From: Deltaproteobacteria bacterium
Lineage (GTDB): Bacteria > Myxococcota_A > UBA9160 > SMWR01
Length of the DNA: 64,000 nucleotides
Direction: 5' to 3'
Assembly: GCA_032128115.1 (NCBI GenBank)
Contig: JAQBHB010000090.1
Coordinates: forward strand, 1-64,000
Shown: piece after piece, positions 42,008 to 51,584 of the stretch
Layout of the letters: each line of letters begins with the position of its first letter
Numbering within the stretch: position 1 is the first letter of the stretch
Made by a program: the position numbers and the translations under genes
The notes under the pieces: generated by a model
The model's input: only the letters and a program-made list of their open reading frames with translations
Told to the model about the DNA's origin: nothing
Database searches by the model: none

Positions 42008-43300
42008 ATGTCGCTTCGCAACGACTACTCCGGCCCGTTCGACCCCGCCGTCGGACTCGCCGATTTTTCACGCCAGGCGCTGGCCCATCTGGGCCGCGAG
42101 TACCTGCTGAATGGACACCTCCAGGATCGGGTCGGCCTGCCCCTGGTGGCAAAGCGGTTTGGCGGCGACGCCTATGTGCAGTTCTCCATAGAGGAATGGA
42201 TGAGCGCGAGCCCCATCTACTCGCTGCGGATGCAACGAGCCATGGGTTTCGAAGGCCACGACGTTTCCACGCTGTTCAAGAACCTGCAGATGGATATCGG
42301 TGCTCCCCACCAGTTCATGGATTTCCAGTTCCGTCTCGACCGCCCGGATTACGGCGAGTTCTGGCTGCCCCACTGCGGAGCCTTGCTGGACGTGGAACCG
42401 TTCGGCGAGAAGCGCGTGAAGCTCATGTGCCATGACATCGAGGACCCCACCTTCGATGCGACAGCAGCCGCAACCCATCCGAACATGAAGATGCGGCCCA
42501 TCCACCGCCCGCCGCGCGTGCCGGCGGGGCGTACGCCCGCCTGTCGCTGGTCGGTATTCATCAGCGACGATGCGGAGCCCTTCGAGCAGCACGCGAACCT
42601 CGAGATCGTGCGCAAGGCGAAGCTGGCCACGATTCCGATCCAGATTCCCGACGCCGATGCCGAACCCGGAGGCTGGCGCGACTACTCGGGCCCGTTCGAC
42701 CCCGGCTTCCAGCTGGAAGACCTGTCGCACCGGGCCCTGGTGATCGTGAACCAGGAGTTCGCGGTGCAGAGCCACCTCTTGACCCGCGCCTTCATGCTGT
42801 GCGCAGCCCAGCGCCTGGACGACGCGGCAGCGGGCGAACTGGGTGCCTGCCAGTGGACGGGTATTGCCGCCCTCACTGCCGAGCGCCTGAAGGCCAGGTT
42901 CTCGATCGGAGGCGACGACATCGAGGCGGTGGCCAAGATTTTCCAGATCCACCCCTGCTTCTTTCCGCGCACCTATGTGGACTTCCGGGTGGAGATCACT
43001 GGAGACCAGAGTGCTCGCATCGCGATCCGCGATTGCCCCGCCCTCGACGAGGGGGACGCCTGCTCGTGGTTCGCCGGGCTCTCGACCCGGGCGCACCCGG
43101 CCCTCGATGCCATCGCGGGGACCGTCAATCCGCGAACGCGTTGTCATCCGGTGTCGAACCCGGGAGGCGCCCGACTCGCGTGGGACGTGGTGATCGACCC
43201 GGCAGCGGAACCCCGCGATCCGCCCCAGGAACTCGCGCTCGCCAGGATCAGCAAGGGCGCGGCTTTCCGCTTCGAGCAGAGGCGAACCCTGCGAGCCTGA
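42008..43300 (+). CDS. Conserved-looking hypothetical protein with internal duplication
   Basis: DYSGPFDP..L.D.S..AL occurs at the N-terminus and again mid-protein; coding-like codon usage. Confidence 0.75.
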   Translation: MSLRNDYSGPFDPAVGLADFSRQALAHLGREYLLNGHLQDRVGLPLVAKRFGGDAYVQFSIEEWMSASPIYSLRMQRAMGFEGHDVSTLFKNLQMDIGAPHQFMDFQFRLDRPDYGEFWLPHCGALLDVEPFGEKRVKLMCHDIEDPTFDATAAATHPNMKMRPIHRPPRVPAGRTPACRWSVFISDDAEPFEQHANLEIVRKAKLATIPIQIPDADAEPGGWRDYSGPFDPGFQLEDLSHRALVIVNQEFAVQSHLLTRAFMLCAAQRLDDAAAGELGACQWTGIAALTAERLKARFSIGGDDIEAVAKIFQIHPCFFPRTYVDFRVEITGDQSARIAIRDCPALDEGDACSWFAGLSTRAHPALDAIAGTVNPRTRCHPVSNPGGARLAWDVVIDPAAEPRDPPQELALARISKGAAFRFEQRRTLRA

Positions 43301-43310
43301 CACCCGGGAG

Positions 43311-44183
43311 GTGACCATGACGAGACGTGCGGGCTACATCGGGCTGGGAAACATCGGAAAGCCCATGGCGGGCTGCTGGATCGAGGCAGGCTTCGAGACG
43401 CTGGTCTACGACGTGGTGGACGCGCCCATGGCGGAGCTCGTCGAGCGCGGAGCCAAGGCCGCAAGCTCACCGCGCGCCGTGGGCGAGGCGGCCGACGTGA
43501 TCGGCATCTGCGTGCGCGACGACGACGACGTGCGCGCGGTGCTGCTCGGCGAGGACGGCGTGTTGGCCGGTGCGGCCGAGGGCGCCGTGGTGATGATCCA
43601 CAGCACCGTGCGACCGCAGACCGTGGTGGAGATGGCGCATGCGGGCTCCGAGCGCGGTGTGGACGTGATCGACGCCGCCATCACCGGTGGCGACCAGCGG
43701 GCCGCGGTAGGCGACCTGGCCATCATGGCCGGAGGCGACCCGGCGGCGCTCGAGAAGGCGAGACCCATTCTCGACGCTTGTGCCCGGTCCGGGGTCTTCC
43801 ACTGTGGCGAGCTCGGCAACGGCATGAAGACCAAGCTCTGTATCAACCTGGTCACCTATCTACAGTGGCTGGCGGGCTACGAGGGCTTGCGCCTGGCCAA
43901 GGCTTCGGGGCTTCCGGTCGAAACCTTCGAGGAGGTCGGACAGGCGAACGGGCAGATCACGCCGCTGATGGTGCGCTTTCTCATCATGCACAAGATGCCG
44001 GACGAAGCCCGCCGGTCCGATGCTGTGCAGAAGCTGGTTCGCGGCCACACGCTGGTGGCCGAAAAGGACCTGAACCTGGCCCTCGAACTGGCGCGTGAGA
44101 ACGGCATCTCCCTGCCGGGCGCGGGGCTCGTCTCCCAGCTCATGGCTCGAATCTACGGCCTCGAGGATGAAGGCCGTCGCTGA
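43311..44183 (+). CDS. 3-hydroxyisobutyrate dehydrogenase family NAD(P)-dependent oxidoreductase
   Basis: GYIGLGNIGKPMA, HST, DAAITGG, KLCIN, KDL. Confidence 0.9.
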   Translation: MTMTRRAGYIGLGNIGKPMAGCWIEAGFETLVYDVVDAPMAELVERGAKAASSPRAVGEAADVIGICVRDDDDVRAVLLGEDGVLAGAAEGAVVMIHSTVRPQTVVEMAHAGSERGVDVIDAAITGGDQRAAVGDLAIMAGGDPAALEKARPILDACARSGVFHCGELGNGMKTKLCINLVTYLQWLAGYEGLRLAKASGLPVETFEEVGQANGQITPLMVRFLIMHKMPDEARRSDAVQKLVRGHTLVAEKDLNLALELARENGISLPGAGLVSQLMARIYGLEDEGRR

Positions 44184-44208
44184 TCCCCGAATCTGAAAGG
44201 AGTGAGTG

Positions 44209-44604
44209 ATGGCCGATGACGACCGCTATCAACGTGGTGCGAAGATGCTGGAGAAGGTCTACGCGGGAGATGTGACTGCACCTCCCAAGGGCTCCATGGC
44301 GTTCTCGGATTTGATGCTCGAGAGCCTGTTCGCCGAGGTATGGACCCGGGAGGAGCTCTCGATCCGCGACCGGCGACTGATCCTGTTCGGCGTCATTGGC
44401 GCGCTTGGCGAGAAGGATACCTTCGCCATCCAGGCCAGGTCGGCGCTCAAGAACGGCGAGCTCACCCCGGATCAGTTGCGCGAAGTGCTGATCATGTTGG
44501 CCAACTACGCGGGCTACCCGCGCGCAGCCGGCCTGATCGGCGTAGTGGAGAAGCAGATCGCAGCGGTTGCCAAGGAGCAGAAGGGCGAAGGGGACGACTC
44601 CTAG
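44209..44604 (+). CDS. Carboxymuconolactone decarboxylase family protein
   Basis: FAEVWTREELSIRDRRL, YAGYP. Confidence 0.87.
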   Translation: MADDDRYQRGAKMLEKVYAGDVTAPPKGSMAFSDLMLESLFAEVWTREELSIRDRRLILFGVIGALGEKDTFAIQARSALKNGELTPDQLREVLIMLANYAGYPRAAGLIGVVEKQIAAVAKEQKGEGDDS

Positions 44605-45506
44605 AGGTGCTTGCCGAGGAACGCGATCATCCGCTCGATGGCGAGCCTTGCGGGCGGCAGCATCTCGAGTTGCGCATAGCCGTGGGGCATGAAGTCGTCG
44701 ACGAAATGCTCGTGAGCGATGCGCGCCTTCGCGAGCGCGTTCGCCAGGTCCTCGGACTGGTTCATCAGCGGGTCCGCGCCGCCCACCACCAGATGGCAGG
44801 GTGGGAGCCGGTGGGCCGCGTGCAATGGGCTCACGCGCGGGTCGCGCACGAGGTCACCGCGCTCGCTGCCCAGGTAGGCGCTCAGCATCAGCTCGACCAT
44901 CTTCGGGCCCAGGACCTGCAGGAGGCCGTCGGGTGCGGCGGGCGGTGACGCTTCGATCGAGACGGTGGCCATGTCGAAGACTCCGTAGATCAGCAGGGCG
45001 GCACGGGGACGCGCGGGATCGTCTGCCAGCGCAGCGGCCACGGCAGCCGAAAGATTTGCGCCCGCACTGTCGCCGCCAACGGCCAGGCGAGAGGCATCGC
45101 CGTTCCAGCGCTGCGCCTCGCGGGCGGCCCAGCGCACCGCCTCCATGCAGTCTTCGAAGGGCGCCGGGAACGGGTGTTCGGGCGCCAGGCGATAATCCAC
45201 GTTGATCACCAGGTAGCCGGCCTCGGCAAAGCGACTGGCGAGCTTGCGGTGACTGGTAGGGTTGCCGCAGATCCAACCGCCGCCGTGCAGGTAGACCAGT
45301 ACCGGATGCGGGCCAGAGCCGCGGGGCTCGATCACGTCGGCCGTCAGGCCGTCGGCGATGGGCACTGCCGCGTGGAAGGCGCCCACCTCGGGCAGGTCGA
45401 GATTCAGGAACCCCGCAAAGCGGTCCACCAGCTGGCGCATGTCGTCCGCGGTCTCCGGCGGGGACTGGAGGATCTGGGCCAGGGATGCGAGGAGGTCCGA
45501 TGTCAT
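44601..45506 (-). CDS. Hormone-sensitive-lipase family esterase
   Basis: YLHGGGW, DYRLAPEHPFP, GDSAG, DPL, HG. Confidence 0.92.
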   Translation of the reverse strand: MTSDLLASLAQILQSPPETADDMRQLVDRFAGFLNLDLPEVGAFHAAVPIADGLTADVIEPRGSGPHPVLVYLHGGGWICGNPTSHRKLASRFAEAGYLVINVDYRLAPEHPFPAPFEDCMEAVRWAAREAQRWNGDASRLAVGGDSAGANLSAAVAAALADDPARPRAALLIYGVFDMATVSIEASPPAAPDGLLQVLGPKMVELMLSAYLGSERGDLVRDPRVSPLHAAHRLPPCHLVVGGADPLMNQSEDLANALAKARIAHEHFVDDFMPHGYAQLEMLPPARLAIERMIAFLGKHL

Positions 45507-45551
45507 GTCGTCGCTCCACTGGATGGACGAAGGGCCAGGCCAGCCCGTATT

Positions 45552-45584
45552 GTATGAAATCGGCATGAAATCGGTATGAAATCA
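45552..45584. promoter_or_regulatory. 11-bp direct repeat x3 in divergent promoter region (candidate operator)
   Basis: GTATGAAATCG / GCATGAAATCG / GTATGAAATCA, AT-rich, beside a TACAAT -10-like hexamer on the minus strand; repeat is certain, function inferred. Confidence 0.55.
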
Positions 45585-45609
45585 GGCTCGCCTTCGAAGG
45601 ACGTGGACC

Positions 45610-47697
45610 ATGGTGACCGTGATCGAGAAAGATGCCAGCCCGGAGGTGATCGAGGATCGGATCGATGAACTTCTCTCGGGGCTCACCCTCGAAGAGAAGG
45701 TCTCGATGCTCTCCGGCCACGGCTTTCTCGAACAGATCCAGAAAGATGGCGGGCGCTACGGCGCGCGCATGTATCACGTGGCTGCGGGCAACCAGCGACT
45801 CGGAATTCCGCCCCTGCTCTTCAACGACGGGCCGCGTGGCGTCAATATGGGGCACTCGACCTGCTTCCCCGTGCCCATGGCCCGGGGTGCCAGCTTCGAC
45901 GTCGGGCTCGAGCGGCGCATCGGCGAGGCCATTGGCCGGGAGATGCGCGCCCGGGGCGGCAATCTCTTCGGTGGCGTCTGCATCAACCTGCTTCGACATC
46001 CGGCCTGGGGGCGGGCACAGGAGACCTACGGAGAAGACCCGTTCCTGCTGGGAGAGATGGGAGCGGCTCTCGTGACTGGTGTGCAGCAGCACGGCGTGGT
46101 TGCCACCGTGAAGCACTATGCCGCCAACAGCATGGAAAACGTGCGCTTCAAAGTAGACGTGACCCTCGACGAGCGCCCGCTTCGCGAAGTCTACCTGCCG
46201 CATTTCAAGCGCTGTGTGGACGCTGGCGTCGGCGCGGTGATGAGCGCCTACAATCAGGTGAACGGAGCCTACTGCGGCCACAGCGAAGCCCTGCTGACGA
46301 AGATCCTGAAGCATGAATGGGGTTTCGATGGCTTCGTCTACTCGGACTTCGTCCTGGGTTGCCGCGACTGGAGCGCTTTTTCCGCAGGCCTGGACGTCGA
46401 GGCGCCCGACACGATCCACTTCGGCCCGCACCTGCGCTCGGCCATCGAGAGGGGGGAGGTCAGCCAGGCGAGGCTCGACGATGGCGCACGCCGGGTGCTG
46501 CGAAGCCTGTTTCGGCGGGTCGCGATGCCAGACTCCGAGAGCTATGGGCCGGAACTCGTGGCGTGCGACGCGCATGTGGCACTCGCCAGGGAATCGGTGC
46601 AGAAGAGCATCGTGCTGCTTCGAAACGAGGGCGTGTTGCCCTGGGATGCCGCGACTTTCGACCGGGTGCTGGTCCTCGGGAAGCTGGCCGACGTTCCGAA
46701 TCTCGGCGACCGTGGCTCGAGCGAGGTTTCACCCCCTTCGGCGGTGACGCCGCTGGCGGGATTGCGCGCCGCGCTCCCGGACGGCTGTGAGGTCGTTTAC
46801 GACGCCGGGGAAGACCTGGCACGTGTGCGGGTTCTCGCCGCGACGGCGGACGCGGTCCTGGTGGTAGCAGGACTTAGCTACGAGGATGAGGGTGAGTTCA
46901 TCCCAGGTGGACACGTGGGCGCCTCGGACGGGAAGGACCTGGGCGGCGATCGCCGTGAGCTCGGTCTCGGCCCGGAGCAGGAGGCCCTGATCCACGCCGC
47001 TGCCGAGGCGAACGCGAGCACCATCGTGGCGGTGATGGCGGGCTCTGCCGTCCTGATGGAGAGCTGGCGGGAGCGGGTTCCGGGCATCCTGATGCTGTGG
47101 TATCCGGGGATGGAGGGCGGCACGGGGCTCGCCGGCGTCCTGCTGGGGCAGGTGAACCCCTCGGGGCGCCTGCCATTCAGCGTTCCGCGGAGTGCCGACG
47201 ACCTGCCCTTCTTCGATCGGGAAGCCGAGGCGATCACGTATGATCTGTGGCACGGATACACCAAGCTCGAGCGCGATGACGTCGAGCCGGCCTACCCGTT
47301 CGGCTTCGGCCTCTCGTATACGTGCTTCGCTTTTTCGAACCCGACCGTGGCTCTCGACGAAACCGGCGAAACACTGCGCGTGGAGGTCGAGGTCGCCAAT
47401 ACGGGGGCGCGTGCGGGAGAGACGGTGGTGCAGGTATACGCCGGTTGGGCCGAGTCCGCGGCGGACCAGCCCCGCAAGCGACTCTGCGGTTTCGGGCGCG
47501 TTCTGCTTTCTGCCGGGGAGACGCAGACGGTGAGCGTCGAGGTGGCTCTTCGGCAGCTGGCCTTCTTCGACGCGGGCCGTTGGCGGCTCGGGACGGGCGA
47601 TTGGAGCATCTGGATCGGCGGCAGCAGCAGGGATGCCGACCTGGTTTCGACGACGATCGAGCTGACCGATCGCAGCTGGTCGATACGGGCTCGTTGA
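45610..47697 (+). CDS. Glycoside hydrolase family 3 beta-glucosidase
   Basis: DGPRG, WGRAQETYGEDP, KHYAAN, VYSDF nucleophile, YPFGFGLSYT, Fn3-like tail. Confidence 0.94.
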   Translation: MVTVIEKDASPEVIEDRIDELLSGLTLEEKVSMLSGHGFLEQIQKDGGRYGARMYHVAAGNQRLGIPPLLFNDGPRGVNMGHSTCFPVPMARGASFDVGLERRIGEAIGREMRARGGNLFGGVCINLLRHPAWGRAQETYGEDPFLLGEMGAALVTGVQQHGVVATVKHYAANSMENVRFKVDVTLDERPLREVYLPHFKRCVDAGVGAVMSAYNQVNGAYCGHSEALLTKILKHEWGFDGFVYSDFVLGCRDWSAFSAGLDVEAPDTIHFGPHLRSAIERGEVSQARLDDGARRVLRSLFRRVAMPDSESYGPELVACDAHVALARESVQKSIVLLRNEGVLPWDAATFDRVLVLGKLADVPNLGDRGSSEVSPPSAVTPLAGLRAALPDGCEVVYDAGEDLARVRVLAATADAVLVVAGLSYEDEGEFIPGGHVGASDGKDLGGDRRELGLGPEQEALIHAAAEANASTIVAVMAGSAVLMESWRERVPGILMLWYPGMEGGTGLAGVLLGQVNPSGRLPFSVPRSADDLPFFDREAEAITYDLWHGYTKLERDDVEPAYPFGFGLSYTCFAFSNPTVALDETGETLRVEVEVANTGARAGETVVQVYAGWAESAADQPRKRLCGFGRVLLSAGETQTVSVEVALRQLAFFDAGRWRLGTGDWSIWIGGSSRDADLVSTTIELTDRSWSIRAR

Positions 47698-47710
47698 TAC
47701 AGGAGAAGTC

Positions 47711-48832
47711 ATGCTCTCGAAACTGGACGACTACCCCATCCACCAGACCTCGGAGCCCGTGGCCCACCCGGCATCCAGCGATCGGCACGTGTACGACCGC
47801 TACTGGTTCAACGGCTACCAGGACGACGGCGCCTTCTACTTCGGCATCGGCGCCGCACTCTATCCGAACCTCGAGATCATGGATTGCGGCTTCTCGATCG
47901 TGATCGACGGTGAGCAGCACGCCTTCCACGCGTCGCGCCGGGCACCCCGCGAGCCCACGGATTTGTGCGTAGGCCCCTGGAAGCTCGAGATCCAGGAGCC
48001 CATGAAGCGGCTCAAGATCAGCCTGGACGACAACGAGACCGGAATCTCGGGGGAGCTGCAGTGGATTCCGCGCACGGCGAACGTGGAAGAAGGCCACCAG
48101 CTGATGCGCCGCCGCATCGGGCGCATGCAGGCCACGCGCTTCAACCAGTTTGGCCACTGGGAGGGAGAGATCCGCACCCACGGCCGCTCGGTCCGGATCG
48201 ATCCCACGCGCGTCTACGGAACCAAGGACCGGAGCTGGGGCATCCGACCCGTCGGGGATCCGGCGCCCGTGGGCGCTCCGCCCGATCGAGTCGGAGGCAT
48301 CTTCTTCCTGTGGGCGCCCCTTCATTGGGAGGATCGCTGCACACACATGGGGGTGTTCGAGGACGAGCACGGCGTTCCCTGGCACTTCGATGGGATGATC
48401 TGCCCCGTCTACGACCACCCGGATGAAATTCCCGGCACCGAGGACCCGGCGACCCGGTTCCTGAGTGCCGGGGAGCACCGCTTGAGCTTCGTTGCCGGCA
48501 CCCGTCGAGCGAGCCGCGCGGAGATCACCCTCGTCGACATGGAGGGAAAACGCGAAGAGATCGAGCTCGAACCCGTGCTCTGCTTCCGGATGAAGGGCCT
48601 CGGCTATCTGCACCCGGAGTGGGGGCACGGCAGGTGGAAGGGAGAGCTCGCCATCGGCGGCGAGTCCTGGAAATGTGACCAGCTGGATGAGAACGCCTTC
48701 GAGAACGCCCACATCCAGCAGGTGATGATGGCGCGCAGCGGTGACAAGCGAGGGATCGGCGTGCTGGAGCAGCTACACCTTGGGCCTCACGCGCGCTACG
48801 GCTTCATGGAGTTCCTCGACCCGGCTCCGTAG
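47711..48832 (+). CDS. Conserved hypothetical beta-rich protein
   Basis: DDYPIHQT, YDRYWF, KDRSWGIRP motifs; GGAG RBS. Confidence 0.75.
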   Translation: MLSKLDDYPIHQTSEPVAHPASSDRHVYDRYWFNGYQDDGAFYFGIGAALYPNLEIMDCGFSIVIDGEQHAFHASRRAPREPTDLCVGPWKLEIQEPMKRLKISLDDNETGISGELQWIPRTANVEEGHQLMRRRIGRMQATRFNQFGHWEGEIRTHGRSVRIDPTRVYGTKDRSWGIRPVGDPAPVGAPPDRVGGIFFLWAPLHWEDRCTHMGVFEDEHGVPWHFDGMICPVYDHPDEIPGTEDPATRFLSAGEHRLSFVAGTRRASRAEITLVDMEGKREEIELEPVLCFRMKGLGYLHPEWGHGRWKGELAIGGESWKCDQLDENAFENAHIQQVMMARSGDKRGIGVLEQLHLGPHARYGFMEFLDPAP

Positions 48833-48857
48833 CCGCAACCGAAAAGAGGCGACCCAC

Positions 48858-50051
48858 ATGATCTACGACCCCTACTCCCGCGACATGCAGAATGATCCCT
48901 ATCCCGCCTATCGGCACTTCCGGGACGAGGAGCCCTGCGCCTACAACCCCGACATGGATTTCTACGCGCTCTTCCGGTTCGAGGATGTCTGGCGGGCCAC
49001 TCTCGATTGGGAGACCTACAGCTCGTCGCTGGGACCGCCCCTGGAGAACCGCGGGCAGATCCCGGGAGAGCTCATGTCCGTCATCGGGATGGACCCTCCC
49101 CGGCACGTCAAGATCCGGAACCTCGCGTCGCGGGGTTTCACGCCTCGTCGGATGGCTGCGCTCGAGGCCGACATCCGGGAGATCGCCAGGCACTACATGG
49201 AGCCGCTGCGCGACGCCGAGGGCTGTGACTTCCAGCAGGCCGTCTCCAGCAAGCTCCCCATGGACGTCATCAGCGCGCTACTCGGTATCCCCCCCAGCGA
49301 ACGCGACGGCTACCGCAAGACCATCGATCGCAGCCTGGCCCGCGACCCCGACACCGGTGAGATGCATTCGGACGGGATTGGGGGCATGCAGGACAGCCGG
49401 AACTTCCTCGTCGATCTGCTGGAGGTGCGACGCAAACACCCGAAGGACGATCTGATCTCGATCCTCGCCACCACCGAATACGAAGACGTGGACGGCGAGA
49501 CGAAGCTCCTGCGAACGGAGGAGGTGGTTGCCTTCGTGGGCCTGTTGGCCGCGGCGGGCTTCGAGACCACCACGAAGCTGCTGGGCAATTGCATGGTGTA
49601 TCTGGGGCGACACCCGGAGCAGCGAACTCGCCTGTGGGCGGATCCGGATCTCTTCCCCACGGCGATCGAGGAGGTGCTGCGTTACGACGCCCCGTCGCAA
49701 TTTCAGGGTCGTGTTGCGCTACGGGCCGTCACCGAACACGGTGTCACGATTCCGGAGGGAGCCCGGGTCGCCCTGGTCTCGGGAGCGGCGTGTCGGGACG
49801 AACGGGAATTCGACGAACCCGATCGCTTCGACATCACGCGCCAGCCGGAGCGGCAGATCTATTTCGGCCACGGCCACCACGTCTGCATCGGCAAGAGTCT
49901 CGCCCGACTCGAAACCCGCGTGGTGCTGGAAGAGGTTCGCGATCGCTTCCCCGACTACATCGTCGACGAAGCTGGCCTCACCCGCACCTACCAGGCCCAT
50001 GTGCGAGGCTTCGCCACGGTTCCCATCTCGTTCGAGAATTCACTGCCCTGA
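48858..50051 (+). CDS. Cytochrome P450
   Basis: MDPPRH, AAGFETT, EEVLR, FGHGHHVCIG. Confidence 0.95.
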   Translation: MIYDPYSRDMQNDPYPAYRHFRDEEPCAYNPDMDFYALFRFEDVWRATLDWETYSSSLGPPLENRGQIPGELMSVIGMDPPRHVKIRNLASRGFTPRRMAALEADIREIARHYMEPLRDAEGCDFQQAVSSKLPMDVISALLGIPPSERDGYRKTIDRSLARDPDTGEMHSDGIGGMQDSRNFLVDLLEVRRKHPKDDLISILATTEYEDVDGETKLLRTEEVVAFVGLLAAAGFETTTKLLGNCMVYLGRHPEQRTRLWADPDLFPTAIEEVLRYDAPSQFQGRVALRAVTEHGVTIPEGARVALVSGAACRDEREFDEPDRFDITRQPERQIYFGHGHHVCIGKSLARLETRVVLEEVRDRFPDYIVDEAGLTRTYQAHVRGFATVPISFENSLP

Positions 50052-50060
50052 CCTCGCCGA

Positions 50061-51416
50061 TCAGGAAAGCGCCTGGAGTTCCAGGGGAAGGCCGTCGCGG
50101 GGCTTCGAGATCGGTGCTTGCTGGACCGGCATGCGGTAGTCGTCGGGCACGCGCCAGCGGTAGCGACGCACCAGGTGGTGCATGACCAGTCGCACCTGCG
50201 CCTCGCCAAAGCGCAGCCCGATGCACATGTGGGGTCCTCCTCCGAACGGAATCCAGCAGTGGCTGTGGCGCCCGTGCTCGGCTCGTTCCGGGGAGAAGCG
50301 CTCTGGATCCCAGCGGTCGGGATCGGGCCACCATGTTTCCATGTGGTGAGTGTGGATCGGGGATATCACGACCATCACGCCCTCGGGAATCCGGTAACCG
50401 TCCCACTCGAACTCCCGGATCGAAGTCCGCGGGATCACGGGCAGCGGCGGATATCGACGCAGCGTTTCGCGCATGGCGAAAGTCAGGCTCGGCAGTGAGT
50501 CGAGATCGTCGAAAACCGGAGGCTCGGCGCCGAAGGCCACGCTCTCGGCGCGGATCCGATCCTGCCAGTCCGGGTTTCGTGCGAGTTCGTACATGAGCGA
50601 GGTGAGCGTGCTGGTGGTGGTGTCGTGCGCGGCCATCATCAAGAAGTTCATGTGGTCGAGAACGTCGGCATCGGAGAAGGCACGGCCCTCCTCATCGCGG
50701 GCCCGGCACAGCCGGCTGAAGATGTCGCCGCCGGCGTCGCCGCGCTTCTTCGCCAGCATGTTGCCCAGAAAGCCAAGCAGGAAGCGCCGGCCCTCGACGC
50801 CCCGGTGGTGCCTGCCGAATCCCGGAAAGCGCAGGCCCGGCATCGAGGCTGCCACCATGGCCTCGAAGGCTCCGTTCATGCTGGCCGCCGAGGGGCCGAG
50901 ATCCACGCCCACGAAGATCGCGGCGGCCAGGTCGAGGGTCAGGCTCTTGAAGGCGTCGTAGGCCCGAAAGGAGGGCACGCCGGTCGGCCAGTCTGCGATG
51001 CCCTCGGCAATCGCCGGATTCATCTGGTCGATGTACTCCCGCAACACCGGCCGTTTAAAGGCCTCGTGCATGATCTTGCGGTGGTGCTTGTGCTCTTCGC
51101 CGTCGCGCAGGAGCAGCCCATTGGGGAAGATGGTCCCCATGATCGCCATCCACGGCTTTCGGGCCGAAAACGTCTGATCGCGGTCGAGCAGCACGAAGCG
51201 GTTGGCGTCGGGACCGAAGAGGTTCACGCTGGTGAAGCGGCCGCGCCCCTGTACCACGGTAGGGCCGTACTCGCGGAAATGGTCTTCGTTCATGGCGCGC
51301 ATGTCGTAGCGGCTGACCTCGCCACGCAGAAACCGCCCGAGGGTTCTGGGAATCGGGGCCCGCGGGATCGCCTCGAAGGGCTTTGCTGCGCGAGACGTAC
51401 CCTGGATCACAGGCAT
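50061..51416 (-). CDS. Cytochrome P450
   Basis: AAHDTT, ETLR, PERF, FGGGPHMCIG. Confidence 0.95.
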   Translation of the reverse strand: MPVIQGTSRAAKPFEAIPRAPIPRTLGRFLRGEVSRYDMRAMNEDHFREYGPTVVQGRGRFTSVNLFGPDANRFVLLDRDQTFSARKPWMAIMGTIFPNGLLLRDGEEHKHHRKIMHEAFKRPVLREYIDQMNPAIAEGIADWPTGVPSFRAYDAFKSLTLDLAAAIFVGVDLGPSAASMNGAFEAMVAASMPGLRFPGFGRHHRGVEGRRFLLGFLGNMLAKKRGDAGGDIFSRLCRARDEEGRAFSDADVLDHMNFLMMAAHDTTTSTLTSLMYELARNPDWQDRIRAESVAFGAEPPVFDDLDSLPSLTFAMRETLRRYPPLPVIPRTSIREFEWDGYRIPEGVMVVISPIHTHHMETWWPDPDRWDPERFSPERAEHGRHSHCWIPFGGGPHMCIGLRFGEAQVRLVMHHLVRRYRWRVPDDYRMPVQQAPISKPRDGLPLELQALS

Positions 51417-51584
51417 TTCGATGACCTTCCTGCGCCGGCCCTGTCGTCCTGTGAGGAACTACAGCGAGCCGCGCGACGGCTCCGAGCCAGGTTACGTCTT
51501 TCTGTGCACGGGGTCACCGGCGACACCCGTCGCGCCGGGGCTGAGGCTCCCGACGGTCAGCCCGCCTATACTGCACCGCCGATC

